From Fimbriimonadaceae bacterium (lineage in GTDB: Bacteria > Armatimonadota > Fimbriimonadia > Fimbriimonadales > Fimbriimonadaceae): a DNA stretch of 33,763 nucleotides. The notes beneath the pieces are model-generated. The model was not told where the DNA came from and did not search any database. It saw only the letters and a list, made by a program, of their open reading frames with translations. The stretch is from the NCBI GenBank assembly GCA_046598515.1, contig JBKJIP010000271.1, positions 1 to 33,763 of the forward strand. Reading direction: 5' to 3'. The position numbers were made by a program, and so were the translations under genes. This document shows, piece after piece, positions 33,239-33,763 of the stretch (its first letter is position 1; every line of letters starts with the position of its first letter).

Positions 33239-33763
33239 ATGCAACAGACTATTCACGCTTCCTACTCGAATCCCGACAATGCCGCCAAGGCTGTCGCCGC
33301 CCTCATGGACCACGGCGTCCCGAGCACCGATATTTCGGTATTCATCAAGAATCGCCCCGCCCATTGGGACGACGACAAGACCCTCGACGGCAACGATGTC
33401 GTGAAGACTGCGGAGCAGGGCTTAACCACGACGACGGGCGAAGACGCCGCCGCCGGTGGCCTTAAGGGCGCCGGAGTGGGCCTCGGCGTAGGCATCCTCG
33501 CCGCTCTCGCTGCGGTTACGATCCCCGGTTTCGGTCTCGTCCTCGGTGGCGGCGCCCTGGCAACCGCTCTGGCGGCCGCCGCGGCAACTACCGCAGCCGG
33601 CGCGATCGCAGGCGGTGCCTATGGCTTCCTGGCTGACCAGGGTGTCAACGAGGACCAGGTCACGCGAATCTCAGACACAGTCGACGCTGGTGGCGCTCTC
33701 GTAAGCGTATCCGTCCCGACGGCAAAGTTGACCCACGAAGAAGTGGAGGCAATCTTGGCCAAG
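33239..33763 (+). CDS. partial (3'-truncated by the window) stress-response-like protein with glycine-zipper membrane segment
   Basis: Not in the ORF track because it has no stop within the window. ATG 33239 is preceded by AAGGAGAA. Open for 175 codons to the window end: MQQTIHASYSNPDNAAKAVAALMDHGVPSTDISVFIKN... (YflT/GsiB-like N-terminus), then GVGLGVGILAALAAVTIPGFGLVLGGGALATALAAAAA. Confidence 0.6.
   Translation, partial: MQQTIHASYSNPDNAAKAVAALMDHGVPSTDISVFIKNRPAHWDDDKTLDGNDVVKTAEQGLTTTTGEDAAAGGLKGAGVGLGVGILAALAAVTIPGFGLVLGGGALATALAAAAATTAAGAIAGGAYGFLADQGVNEDQVTRISDTVDAGGALVSVSVPTAKLTHEEVEAILAK

Overview
GC-rich bacterial chromosomal window (about 58-60% GC by eye), densely coding on both strands. 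I support about 31 protein genes, one tRNA, two families of palindromic REP-like repeats and several hairpin terminators. There are no rRNA genes, CRISPR arrays, cas genes or prophage genes. Gene order: (1) a divergent ECF sigma factor next to an operon of small secreted protein, soluble ZAS-type anti-sigma, TPR-CHAT caspase-like protease and secreted S8 subtilase; (2) housekeeping genes: amidohydrolase, beta-CASP RNase, DUF151 nuclease, LplA-like ligase; (3) a minus-strand block of tRNA-CAT, carB N-terminal half, family-5 SBP, AraC-like regulator and MlaF-like ATPase, bracketed by two paralogous Gly/Met-rich LTXXQ periplasmic proteins; (4) DEAD-box helicase, alpha-glucan phosphorylase and an unknown 330-aa protein; (5) a double-DTG aspartyl protease with PDZ domain plus a TPR membrane protein; (6) livK-H-M-G without livF; (7) hybrid histidine kinase, KdpE-like regulator, BON lipoprotein and a partial stress protein. 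Two things stand out. First, a complete REP-associated tyrosine transposase (RAYT) with 47-bp inverted REP doublets sits in-frame, with no stop codon, inside carB, so CarB and the transposase form one 760-aa ORF. Second, the ECF sigma / ZAS anti-sigma / TPR-CHAT / subtilase cluster resembles the Csx29-Csx30-RpoE effector arm of type III-E CRISPR systems but has no CRISPR-Cas component in the window. All functional calls rest on motif recognition by eye. No database search was run.
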